Assembly: GCF_902459465.1 (NCBI RefSeq)
Contig: NC_047072.1
Coordinates: forward strand, 15,066,001 to 15,130,000
Length of the DNA: 64,000 nt
Source of the DNA: Asterias rubens
Lineage: Eukaryota
Reading direction: 5' to 3'
Made by a program: the position numbers and the translations under genes. The notes beneath the pieces were generated by a model, which saw nothing but the letters and a program-made list of their open reading frames with translations, made no database searches and had not been told where the DNA came from. Below are positions 39,450 to 52,760 of the stretch, one piece after another (the stretch's first letter is position 1; each line of letters begins with the position of its first letter).

Positions 39450-39808
39450 TACAGGGTACTCGACTGTGTCCAACAGACTATTTCTAAATGACCCATCTTT
39501 TTGATAGGCAGAGAGTATCTCTTTAGTTGTTTTGATATGCAGAATGCATTCGTTTAATCAGTCTACTGTAATATACAAGGTTCGCCTATGATATGCATTA
39601 ATGAGGCTTATTTGTAATGATGTATTGCAGGGTGGAAAAGGGAGAGGCTCCTAGGGGACAAAGCAACGCGACGAAGCGGCCATGACCACGTCAGACTACT
39701 TGATATCACTGCTGTGAGTTTGACGCAGTGAGGACGTGTCATCCTCATCAGCTTAGATCTACCGTGCATTGCCCACCGTCATACCGCTCAAGCAACAGCA
39801 GTGTCAAA

Positions 39809-40025
39809 ATGGCAACATGTACCCTAAGAACAATGTTATTATCTCTCCTAATGATGATAATTGTCTTAACCCGAATGACTTCTGCACTAGTGGTGCCCTT
39901 GACTGTAAATGGAGAATGCCCGATCCACACTGTGCGAACTTTAGATGGAAACAATTGTATGTCATGTGCGTCTTGCTATTCGGACTACTCACCGCAGGAT
40001 TGGCTTTGCATGAACTGCACACAAG
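39809..40025 (+). CDS. First coding exon of a putative TNF-receptor-family protein: signal peptide + single Fn14-like cysteine-rich domain; downstream exons not identified
   Basis: aaaATGG start. MATCTLRTMLLSLLMMIIVLTRMTSA hydrophobic leader, then CPIHTVRTLDGNNCMSCASCYSDYSPQDWLCMNC (C-x12-C-x2-C-x2-C-x10-C-x2-C). Phase-1 donor CAAG/GTAAAT follows directly after the last Cys. Confidence 0.6.
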
Positions 40026-40072
40026 GTAAATATTAGTTTCTAAATAGTGTACGGTATAATGTGTGTGACAGT

Positions 40073-40382
40073 TATTAATTTGCGTTTTTACCCATACACC
40101 GATGTGTGTTAGCACTGTATACTCAGTACTTTCCCGAGTCCTGTGAAAAAAATATCACAGGCATGTTACTCGGGTGGGATTCGAACCCACGACCATTGCA
40201 ATTCTAGAGCAGTGTCTTACCAACTAGACTACCGAGGTTTCCCGGCAGCTAGAGGCAGTTCAAATCCTATGTTTTGGCAGCGGATACCGCAACGATATAA
40301 CAGATGTTAAATTTGCATCGGGGATAAAGAATATTAATTTTGGTTTTGACCCATACACCGATGTGTGTTAGCACTGTATACT
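40073..40382 (-). mobile_element. tRNA-containing repeat with terminal direct repeats
   Basis: 34-bp perfect direct repeat at 40090-40123 and 40349-40382, extending imperfectly to ~50 bp. Internal tRNA-like segment 40167-40238 (minus) with A box and GGTTCGAATCC B box. Confidence 0.8.
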
Positions 40383-40799
40383 GTAACAGTTATTGTCATC
40401 TATATTATAGTGAATAGTGTACATTACTAAATAGCATGCAACTTGAAGAATAAACCCTTTTATAAGCAAACTTTTGAATTGTATATACATTTAACCAACT
40501 TTGGTTTGAAACTATTTACAGTTAATTCTTTCTCCATAAATACTTATGGGTATATAGACTTATGTGTTACCAACTGGAGTAAGGTTTGCAATCATGAACA
40601 GTGGTATGAACTTTCCACCATGAATTCGTTTCATTCAGAGAGGGTATCCAAACAACTTATGTCTGCGGATTATAGTGCATCAGTTGCTGCCGTCAAAGCG
40701 TTTTGACCATCCGTTAAGCAAAAAAAACCTTTGTTATCTCGATGTTAACTAGCAATGAAGACATTATAAACGGTTCTGTTGAAAATTACTGTTTTAGGA

Positions 40800-40927
40800 A
40801 CAATTAGCCATCGTATTAGGGGATAACTAGAGTTCACGGGATGGGTGAAGAAATTAACTTACAATTAGCCATCGTATTAGGGGATAACTCGAGTTCACGG
40901 GATGGGTGAAGAAATTAACTGACAATT
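40800..40927. repeat. 61-bp tandem duplication
   Basis: acaattagccatcgtattaggggataact(a/c)gagttcacgggatgggtgaagaaattaact occurs twice. Confidence 0.92.
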
Positions 40928-43900
40928 GTGATCACAGTTAGATGACAAATGGGTTGAAAATGGAAACGGTCGTATTGACAAAAGACGCGTCTCAATACCC
41001 GTGCATTTATTCTGTTTATATAACAGTTCACTAGCGGGTTTACTTTGATATCCATAAGAGCAGAATCACCTCAGGCATCGGACTGTGATTAATACTATCA
41101 CGAACTTGACTCTTCCTTAAACTGCTTTACACACTGTTAAATGACAAACGCTAAAAGGCGTGCGTGTCCAGATAAAAGGGGAATTAAAAGCCGATTTTTA
41201 CATCTCATTGACGAAAACAGTAAAGCGATACAAGATAATGTCTTCAACCTGATCAAATTGTATTTTGTCTTTGTATCTATCTCTAGGCGCGGTGTTCGCA
41301 CGATCGGCACTCTGTGCCTCGGGGGAACTTTGCTTAATTTCTAAACACGCCTTGAAATTTACCCGTCGCTGAATTCGTCAATTTCACAGTGCGTGTTGTA
41401 TATACTTTGTCGCTGTCAAGTCGAGGTGAATCATGCATTTATTTTCTTCAAACAAGCGAATAGAAAAATACATTTTCAGGTTTTCCGTGTGACTATGTTT
41501 TCATCTTTATCTTTTCGTTTGGGTGATCTTCATCACCATGACGACGGCAATCTTTATTTATATTAAACTTGTCAAACTTTAACTCAATATGCATCTCAAA
41601 CCGCATCGGTCAAATCCTATTAAGCCTTACACAATGGCGCTTTCATAATCCTTACTAGGAATGAACAAGAATATCAAGTTGTGTCTTTAGTGAGGTGGTT
41701 TTATATCTAACGAAAATAAACCAATTCAAACCGACTAAAAATATGGAATGTTCGTACAATGGATTTCATGCACATGAAAGATTTATCCGCTCATGAGAAA
41801 TATGAATGAAAACAATTTATTGTTTGCTTTAACTGCACATACTTCAGAAACTTGGCTTGTGTAATTTTATGATATCTCTGAAGTAAATTTCCCAGGAAAA
41901 TAGTCTGAGAACTTTGAATGATTCTATAATGTTGTAAACGTGCACATTATTCGCTTAAGCTGAGTGAGTATTATGTGAAGCCGCCTCATGGCCACACTGT
42001 AACCAATTTAGCTCAAATCTAAATAAAAGGCGTGGGACTTGCCGTTATAGAAAACAAAGAAGATGTCTCTGAAGATGTCACTGAAGATGTCTGTGTAGGA
42101 GTAAAACTCAAGCCTAACCTGCGATCATGATATCTCTTGCTGAGATAAATCTTTACAACAAATATTGGAATTGTATGTCTTAAACCAGCATCGATTAATC
42201 GATCCTGTATCGTGAATCAATCAGTAATGAATCAATAGTATCTGATGTGTAAACCAATCAGCAACCATATGACAACACACCAATAAATAGGCCAAGGCTT
42301 TAATTATAAAAGTATCAATTATTAACAAATACAATTAATTGCGTTTTTATGAATTATTAATGCTGCCATACCTACTTTTACAATTTATATTCCAAGCTAC
42401 AGTAAATTACACATGCCTTTATCGTATACACAACATAACAGTAATCGCGTAAAACAAAAAAAATCAGCATAATTAATATTTTGATTGTATCAATACAACA
42501 TGCACATGGCCCGATCCATTGCAGTATTGTTTAGCCTGCGGCATTCCATCACTCAATAACTCTCGTCATTGAAATCTCGTCTTGGGGGAAATTGGACAAA
42601 CAATGAGCATGGTGAGATTTCGTTTGATTAGTCGAGCGATATGCGAACTTGGTATCATAACATGGCGTGCACAAACTCTGTTTTAATTTGCATAGAAATC
42701 ATAATGTATGTATGGTGACACGTCTGTTCTGACCTATTATAACTCGGCTAGATCTACTTACATGAAACTGTTTTTGTTATAACACACGTTTTAACAAAAC
42801 CTCTGATGAAACATGTTGGAGCATGTTTGCTGAAGGTTGATTTATTGCGGTATATTTTATGAACCAAAACAGAACGCGAAATTGAAAGATGCAAATGAAC
42901 TCATTTATATTGCCGCAACTGCTGCCTGTATTGTCACTTATGCATCGTGGCGTGCATGCCAAACGTCATATTATTGTGTAAATAGATAAAAGGCCAATTT
43001 ACTACCGTGAATATAACGTTGTATTCGGACGAAGTTTATATTCTAACATAATTTAATATCAGGCGAGATAATTTATAAACTATTTGACTCTCATTTGGAT
43101 ACTTCTTATTATAGCCCTCATCCATCCTGGCTGTGAGCCATTTAATGTCTTGGGATATCAAAGATGATTAACCTTTCAAAGAATTGTATTTTTAATGAAT
43201 AAGTGTACCATGGGAAATACATGGTCTCCTCTCACCTAAATGAGAAGAACATTAAAGGCTGCTTGTGCTGCTTTTAAAAAACAAGGGCAACGTCAATATT
43301 TGTTTCTGTATATAAATAAGCATGCCACAACAGTATACCAAAAGGAGTGAATCTTCATTCTTCCTAAAAGCTCACTTGAAATCTACGTGTTATAAGAGAT
43401 AAACAGGAACAAAACTCGCCCAATCCGTTTTTAAGCATATAGAATGATTGGTTGGATTTTGATTGGTATCAAGTTTTGCATATCCCTCGATGTTTTAGTT
43501 GCTGTGTTTTATGGCATAGACATGCCTTTTTGAAGTTTGACATTATATATGTGTTACCTATATACTTCTGCCCTGCATGCATGAAGCATGCACACACGTC
43601 TTGACTATTTTTGACATGAGTTGTTATGAAAGCATGGTCAGTGCTGGATTTAATCCCAATCCACGCTATTGCATATGACCCTTTCGCAGCTATAACTATA
43701 CCGTGGCCCAGACCTGATTCCAACGCTAATTTTATTATCATCTTTGATTCGGAATCTATCACAGTTGCCCAAGGTTATTATTATTTTCATTTTGACTCCT
43801 TTTTTGCCTAGCGCCCCGTCCATCATCGCTTCATGTTCACTGTTCACCTTATTGTCCCCACCGCTCTGCCTAATTCTTTGAGAATGCCATTTATAACAAC

Positions 43901-46900
43901 CTCCCCTCCAGTCGTCCTTAAAGGAACACAATGTGTTTGTTTGATTCATGGTAACTTCACAGAAAGGTCATTACTTTAAAAAGAAGAAATTGTACTGGCG
44001 CCTTGTTCAGCTATTTGTTGTATGAAGTGGCATGCCTTTTCAATTAACCTGTTGTTATGGATCCTCAATAATATAAACAACGAATGCTCGCAGCAGTAAA
44101 CAGTGTGCGCCATATGCGTTTAAATGTCTCATGCTGATTCAAATTATGGATACCGATTTATTTTCACAGATTGGGTATAACAGAGTTTTGTTTCACCTCT
44201 TGATTTCAATTGTTTGAACGGATAAATAAAGGGTATCCGCATAATTACAATATATTGGGGGTTTTAAATTTTAAATAAACAGGTCTGTTTTTGTTATACA
44301 AAACTTGACATCAAATAGAGACAACTTCAAGATGGACCTTTAGCCTAATATTCTTTTTCTGTTCTATAATCCAGTGGGTTGTCAAACAAGTCCTGTAAGA
44401 GATCCTCAATAGACCAGGTAACCTTTTAGCAGCTTGGAAGTATAAGATAAGACACTTGAGTAACACTCAAGTCTCAGCCAGACACAACTCTTCGTTCGCG
44501 GTTAATATTGCAAGCGAATTTACCTTGAAGGGCAGAGGGTTTAGACGGCCGCCTCAAGCCTGATGGCAATTTCAAGGTTCAAAATGTGAAATCACTTGAT
44601 GATGTGCAAGGAGTTTGACAGGCGAGATTATTAACAATCGGTCACTGTTGTCATTGGGAGATAGCTAGTTTTTCCACTTCAGGGATATATCTGATTTTCA
44701 ACTAGCAATTTTATGTAGGCTACATGCATAGGATAAGCAATGTATGCAAATGTCTTTATTGTAAGTGATCATGACGTTGATTTTGATTTTAGAAAGCACT
44801 ACAAACAAATAAACGCAAGGTGAATGCGCAAGCGTGGTTTTGATCTAAGCGTTATAATTTCCCACAGGATTTAACAGATGAAAAACTACCATTTCATAAT
44901 CCAGCACCTAGCATGCCATGAGGTAATAATGCCATCTTTTAGAGGCTCCGTCCATGATTATAGCCAGCTTAGCCCAAATGCCAAAGCTGGGTTTTAAAGA
45001 AGTTCGTCGTCTTCTTTGAAATTGATCTTCATCCTGTCTGTTTCGTCTCTCATATTAAAAACATATCTTATCTTTCAGCGGCAAGGGTATCAGAACCTGT
45101 TACCGCGCGGCTCAGGTCCCTCTGCTTTGAAAACACTCATGGCAAGACTGTAACTCAACACTCAAGCAACATTAAAACCCTGTCTCTTGTAGAGCTTCTT
45201 TATGTTTCACGGCTTAAGGGACCCAAACTCTCTCCCTGTCTTCACAATGAAAGCTTTTGGATCTTGTATTATAGAGACTATTAGTTTCAGCTCTCAGGAA
45301 ACGAAGTGAGACTTCGCTTTAATTTCCTGGGCAGGGGACACTCTCTACTGTAGTTGTGGTAATGACACAACCGCTGGGCAATATTAACACTGGGGCCAGA
45401 AATAACCGGTTATTACATCGCACGGTTCATAAATTATTGTAGAGAAAGTCATCGCTGAAGTGTGAGTCGGTCCAAGTGAAAGAGATCTACAAATATAGTG
45501 TTTTTCTTTAAGTAAACTAAAGGACGCTGGTTTTTGGCCTTTCAAAACAACTATTTCCATTCGGGTATATTAAATTCAAATAACGTAATTTCATGATGCT
45601 TCACTGTAAAGATCGCGACAGGTCCAGTTACGTTATTTAATATATTGAATATCCATCACAGTGTTAACTCAATGTGTTAAATTTTCCCTTTATCTGATGG
45701 TTGCAGAACTAATATCAAATATTGTTTGGCTGAAAGGTTAGATTTACAAAACAGTTATTGTGTAAACACAGAAACTGCTTGGTAACTATTTGTATCCATT
45801 ATTAAAACATGATCATCTCAAGCCGTGTTCGTCACCAAACATTAATATTGATGTTTTTTTTTGTAGAAGCAAGATCAGTGAGCAAAGAGTGGGGGAAAAC
45901 ATATAGCGATTCCCCCTCCCTCCCCTTCTTCCACCTACATCACCCGAGAGTCAATAACATCTAATGTTAGTCTATGCTATGGAAACCTATTGGTGGTATC
46001 ACATTTAGTGTTATGGTTAGAATTTGAGTTGTATTATTATGTACGAGGCGAGCGTTTGGATATTGGATATTGAGCTCAGGGGAAAGCCATTGATATTACC
46101 CATAAAGCAAGGTTTGACGTCTTTATGGCGTGAGGGCAAGGGCAAAGAGGAACCATTGGCTCAAATTACAACCAAAGATGATTAACATTACGACCTGTTC
46201 ACTCAAAGGTCACGGAAGTACTTGTATTTTTTATACAGTCACAATTGTTTTTCAGCCAGATGTTTAAATCAAAATCATACTTTAAATCAATTTGGTTGGT
46301 TGACTTCAATCAATAACAACCAATGATATTTACGCCGGTTATGATATCCTTTAATATATACTGCACATGTGATTCAGATGCAGTTATTGGGACCTCCCCC
46401 TTGCTATGTTAATCGATCAGAAAGCAAATATGATTATGCAGTGTTTTACACCATTGAAAGGTCAACAATATACTTTTAAGGAAAGGGGAAATATGGCCAC
46501 AGTAAATCGATTGAACTTGAATAGTGTTGGTTTAAGGCGTACGTACAAGTATACGTGCCCAGCAGTGGGTTGATATTACACGCACAGATACAATGACATA
46601 GTGACTTGAAATGACGGTCTTCTGACATGGTTCATCTGGTATCTCCTTTAAAGTCCACTGAAAGTACACTTAAACCAATAGACGCACAGGGGAATCTTAA
46701 GATAACATATCCACTATCACTGATGAGACTAAATCTGGGCCTGCGATGAGGCGAAAAAGGTCGCTGTTCATTCCACGCCATCGCTTTGCTACAGTATCGT
46801 ACCAATTGCTCGCTTCATTTGCTGCACCAGGCAGGGCGAATGCTTACAGCCATGTGCAAGATAAAGGAGTCAGATTGGGGCTGGTTCAACCACAAGTTCA

Positions 46901-49900
46901 ATCATATGGGAATACTCAAATGTAAACTGTTGTGACTCTCATGCATGTGCTCTTTTTAATGAATGGCCTATTTGTTATTCCACTTTCCTATTCTTATTCA
47001 TGATTTTCATGCTAGCTTATATCTTTAATGCATAGCTGATTGTTTATGCCTAGTGAACACATTCATTATATATCGATTTCAAACAGAGAAATTTATCTTT
47101 GGAGGCGAAGCGGCATATTTCGGCCCACCCCCTCTGCCCGTAAACACGTGCATATGATAAAAGGGTACAAGTACTTTTGATGTCATATTACGTTCGTCAT
47201 CCTTGAAACGGAATTACCGTACTTCTCTATCAAAAGTGCATGTGAGCTTTTAGTAAAAGCAAAACAGGCACTTATGCAGAGTGGGAAATGTTGAGCTGCA
47301 GATCGAAGACTAGTCGTGCGTACCAGTTCAATGGGAAGGGACTCATCTAGTATCACAGACATTGGGAAAACATCTCCCGCTGAAGAAGAAAATAAAAAAA
47401 TAAAAAAATCCGGGAACTTGATCGTGTCCATGTCCTTATCTTTAAACTTTGACATGAGTTCCACTCCTTTATGCTCTCAATATATAAAATGAGCTCAGCT
47501 GTCGGCACCATGCGCGCCTGCGCGTTTTTTAAAGTCTCGAAGTACAGTGACTGAACATTTATCAATCGATGAAGCAAGACTCTATAGTTGTCCCTGAACG
47601 CTCTAAACCCCGTCAGCTATCTGTGTAATAGTAGGAAGAAAAGTGCATCAGCACACCTACCCTTGATAATGGTGATGTGTAACTCCCCTGTTATTGGAGT
47701 GTGGCCTTCACTTCAGCCGCTGCAATTGTTTCATTGTCTTCCTTGACGCCACTGATGCACTTATCTAAATGAAAAATGGAAAATTTTAAATAATGAGCTG
47801 CCATTTTTCTTTCATGAGAATATTAGATCTAGACACAGGGTGATGACGCACAACCATTCGGTATTTCGAATTGACAATGCTAATGAAAGAAAACCAATCT
47901 ACGCATGGGGTAATAATTGTGTTACCGGCCATAGACAAAATCTCAATTCAAATGGTGAACAGGATTTAAAATTTACATTTGCGGGAGTCAAATGGTGAAA
48001 GTCCTTCTATACATAGCTCATCCATCAAACATAAAGTTTTCACCGATTATCAATCCATGTAGGCTGTTTGTATTAGCAGGGTTTGTGGGATCAGAGATAA
48101 CATCGGAGATGTTACTTGGGGTATCTCATTTTCAGAATCATTAAAATATACACGTGTACATCTACATATTGGACAGTTTAATCTTTAAGGTAACTGAAAC
48201 CGTGGATCAATATTTTGTCATGCCTTGCTCATTGGCCTATATAATTGGCATGCTACTACGCTGCTTTTACGAAGATAAAATACCCACAGAATTATGCATC
48301 GCTCATGTACAACTCATCTTTGAAAATGTCCCTATGCATGCCCGTTTTCCCCCAACAACAAGACACGAGTTAATGTGTAATTTCTCAGAGGAATAAAATC
48401 TGAGCGAATCACAAATAGCTGTTGACATAAATTTGCTGTTTTCTTTGAGCGTAGGCGCTTTCAATGAAAGGAACATTAGGTTACCCACTTCAGCGTCTTT
48501 CGAGCGCGGCGGCATGCTGTCCAGGCTCACCACCGTTCGGCATACAGCAATTCGTTTTGAAAGCCGTAACGACTATAGAATTTTCCTTAGTGCAACGTTA
48601 GTTGACGATGGTTAATAAATTTAAACAGTAAAAGTATGGCAAATCTTTTAAGTGCAGACCAACTTAACGACTGTTTTTCATATGCAAATTTAATTACTTA
48701 TAGGAGGCGTTGGACTTTCCTGCTCAATTAATTTCCTTTGGTGGTTTTTAATGGGAAATTATTGCAGCATTGTGTTTTGAGATGTTTGTAACGCGTGCCC
48801 TCATAATGATACAACTGTGGCATTTTCCGTATTCATTAAAACATTTTGAACAGTATTTATGTCCCATGTTTCACAACAGTATTACAATGAATGACACACA
48901 CGTTTAAGGCAGCAAAATGTCATATATGAAAATCCTTTCCACAAAATAAATCCATTAGTGTTTTTGTTATAAGCTTACATGTGGCGGACACAATCATTTC
49001 AATGCTGTCTCGTTGCTTAAGGAAAACGCCTAAAGTAATCCGCTCATTAAGTATACAGAAATTTACTATTTTTATGCTAAAAATAAAACAAGGGCAGACA
49101 ACGACGGTGTTTTAAGCTACTGATTTATCGAAAGTGATAGTCAGTAATCATGAAAGATTTGCCGACGGTACAATCCATTACTACGTCTCAACAAATAAAT
49201 CATGATTTTTATCACCCATTTACCCACTATATAGAATGAGTGAAAACTGCAGAGATGTACATCGTGGATCTCATATAAGAAGAAACCCAAATGAAAGCAG
49301 ATGCAAACCGTCGCAAATTACTGCTGGGACATCCAGGGCAATCTTTTAATCTTTCTTATACCCGGTGATTGGAATTGATGCCTGGGTCTTAATGTTTAGG
49401 AGACCATAGATCAAAGGCCCACTTACTTTTCAAATATTCCTCCAGGGAAAGAACAGCTATAGCTCCAATAAAGAAGACCCATTGCATCATTGATAATGTT
49501 GGCCAAAACAAGTCTGTACTGTATGCGTGCTTCCTCTTTTTGAAAAGTATTTAAAGGCACTGTAAATCAAATAGACCATTGATGACTAATTATTATAACA
49601 ATTGAATTCACGTCCAAAAAAAAAACAAGCAAATTCTTTTTAACATGTTATTGAATAGTGCAATTATTAGCCTTGCATCTTTTTGACACTGTGTGTTGAG
49701 AAAGTTGTTTAATTTATTTGTTACTTCATTTCCTTGTGTTGCCAATGAAACATAACAACCTTTCATTCTTTTTATTAACCAAAAACTAAAACTGGTTGAT
49801 CATATTTCGGGTTTTTTGTTGCCAAGATAAAAGGTTTAAATTTATTGGCGTGTATACCTTAATTATGCTGAATTTAGCTCCGATTAAACACTTTGAATAT

Positions 49901-51925
49901 TGGCCTTGCACAACTGTCCACGTTTACCCACGTCCATATTTATGATCACGTATTTTCAACTCGTTGTTGAAGTAAAAACACAAAAACAAAATCCTGAAAT
50001 CTTATAAGTGCATGTTGATGTGAGCGCAGGTGTATGCTAAGTTGTATCGCCCATGGGGTGCCATAACTGATGTATTATTGATTCGTTTTGCCTGCGATTC
50101 ACACAATACATGGTGTGAATACCTGTAAAGTGTCAGTCTTAAGGAGATTAAAATATGCATCTTGTCAGGCTTACTAGCAAAGGACCATCAAGTTCTTGAC
50201 CATTTGAAACAAGTTAATCTTGGATGGCGTGAAATGTTTTTCAAATGTAGGGTTATTGCAGTACGCGTACAACACCATCATGTACTTCTTGGATTTAAAT
50301 GACCAGAATATCAAACTTTCCAACGTGACTCTTATGTTGCACAGCGCCACCATTGACACCAATATCATTCTTTGCACAGTCTGTAAATATTGATACATTT
50401 TCAAAGGTTGTGTTTTTGGTAGCTATATTTTATTTAGCCTAAATTGTACATGGACAATATATATCGAGGACGAGAACGAGCAAGGCGGTCTTATATGCCA
50501 CATCATCATTGCAGATTGTGTGCATGCACACTGCGAACAACTGCAGATGACATCTGTTCAACGCTAAATTCATTTTGCATCACCCAGACATAAGCCAATA
50601 TTACAAAGCATAATTATGTTTTTATTAATTAGCCATAAAAGGGCCGTCTATTAGTCTCCTACAAGTCGTTTAGCTGTGAACCGCCTGTTTGAAATGCACG
50701 CATCGATGCGTAGTCTCCGAATCATTCATTACCTGAGTGATTTGTGTCCCCATCAGAAAACCTACCAGGAAGCCAATTGTACAGTAATTGCGCCTTAATC
50801 AAATTGACTTCATTTTGGTACCGTGTGACAACTTAATGCTTGCCCGTCTGACAACTGCCGATCATGTAGAACGTCATGCGTGAATGAGAATACAGTGGAC
50901 CATAGAGGGGCACGATACATCATTAGAATAACGCAGGCAAAATTGTTAGACACATCAGGAACATCAATTTGTTTGGGGAAAAAAAAAGTGAAGATGAGGT
51001 TGTTTACTCTTTGCACAATGACCCAAATAATAATGACCGCGTCTGGATATTATTATTACTGCATTGTTCTATATTCTGAAGGCGCTTGGTCAGAGAAACA
51101 AAATAATGTAATAATTATTGATATAGTACAATGACCAGTCGATGGACAATTTAATAAAAACACATAAATTATGTTTTGACCATGGCGAGGGGAATGAGCA
51201 GTATGTTGATGCTCACTATAGGGAATGTGATTGTTTTATTTTATTTATACCAATAATTTAAGTTTTCCAATCTTATCAACGCCACGGGAAATGTTTTGTT
51301 CTACCTGCCCTTCCCAAGTTTGACAGATGAAACCAACAGAGGGCAGTATGATGACCTATTAAAAATTCTAACAACAAGTTTAGTAATAAAACCAAAACCA
51401 GGCATTAATTTTTAACAATAAAGTAGACATACGTTGGTACTGTTTTTTCCAGCAGTACAGCCTCTTTACTTTAAATTCATACGGGATACGTTCTGGCTTT
51501 AAATTATATCAAATTCCCACGGCTATTGTTTATTTAATTCATCGCCCCGTTGGGTCTATGATATCCCACTGATAACTGAGGTTTTATGTGCATTGTTCAA
51601 AATCAAAGGCGTGAATGGGAAGGACAAGGTAATTTTTTTAGGAGCTGTGATTGAACTTTGCATCACTGTGTCATATTAACGATGTCAGGGACGGTTCTGC
51701 CCCCCCCCCCCCTCATGATTTATTAACGACCGTGGTTTTATTTTTTACTCAAAACAAACCCGCTCAAACACTCGAAACATTTATTGATTCTCACTTAGTT
51801 TTTAAAGACTTTTTTGTGCAAATAAAGCCTTTAATTTGAGTTGTTTTCCCCTTCCATTTAAAGTTTATTTTGTCTACTGTTTTAAATTTACGCACATAGA
51901 CTTCATTCTGCTGACAGGAGTGTAG

Positions 51926-51978
51926 TTGGCAGTGACATGAAATTAGGACCCCGGGGTCCAATTTCGTGCTGCTGCCAA
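51926..51978. repeat. Short palindromic element
   Basis: ttggcag..atgaaatt.ggacc/ggtccaatttcgt..ctgccaa. Confidence 0.6.
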
Positions 51979-52760
51979 TTCCAAGTCGCCTAACGACCAT
52001 TGCTTTCCTCTTAACAGAGTTATCGCCGCATAAATAGCTAGCTACGTACATATGGAATGCTTAAAGCTATGCGAGCAGAGACTTTCAAATGTTAGTCAGT
52101 ACAAAAACGTAACATTTCCACCTGCTGTACATGTTAGTCAAGAACGTTTCTGTGAGAAGTTCTCCGTCGTTTTTTTTTTAGGGGGGGGGGGGCATAATGC
52201 AATGTTGGAGACCAACACTGCTTGTATGAATAAAAAGCTACACCACACTTCAGGCACAAGGCTAACAAAAATAGACCTCCGTGTTACAGCTAACTTAGTA
52301 CTAATATAGGCTAGAGGGCAGCTGGCAATGCCTCTGGCGGTACACAGATAGGCAATTCAGGCAACTCAGTCCGCAGAACAAGTCAGACCAGAGTGAGAGG
52401 GGCAATCTCCTACTCATTAGGGCCTAGCCTAGCATCCAGCCTAAGTAACATAAGGCCTATTGTTACAATGGCCGATCATGCCGATGGCTGTTTGACAGTT
52501 CAAAAGATAAAAGTAGCTCTAGAATTACCACACAACAACAAAATTTCGACCGTGAAGCGTATTTATTATGTGTTTATTGAAATCTTTAAATATGCCTTAT
52601 TAGTGCAAACTCTCAAACTTTGAACTCACAGGTGTGCCCTCAAGACAAATTTCAATTTGCGCGCGCATTTGCAGACGTTCACAAACACACAAAAGTGTCT
52701 GAAGACGTATATCGAGATATACATCATTACAACAAAGTCAGGACTAAGCCAAGAGATGAA

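Noticed and set aside
40167-40238. Amber-suppressor (CTA) tRNA gene
   Set aside because: The acceptor stem pairs for only 5 bp, the anticodon stem is mismatched, and it is embedded in a repeat. Treated as a tRNA-derived element.
42850-42990. Hydrophobic stretch LIYIAATAACIVTYASW as the TM exon of the Fn14-like gene
   Set aside because: No acceptor in the required phase 1, and a stop follows without a donor.
46705-46765. Hammerhead ribozyme (ctgatga...gaaa)
   Set aside because: 12 extra nt lie between CUGAUGA and stem II, and no stem I/III or NUH site could be formed.
47380-47464. EF-hand/S100-like peptide DKDMDTIKFPDF
   Set aside because: Lacks canonical loop residues, runs into a low-complexity A/T tract and has no splice context.
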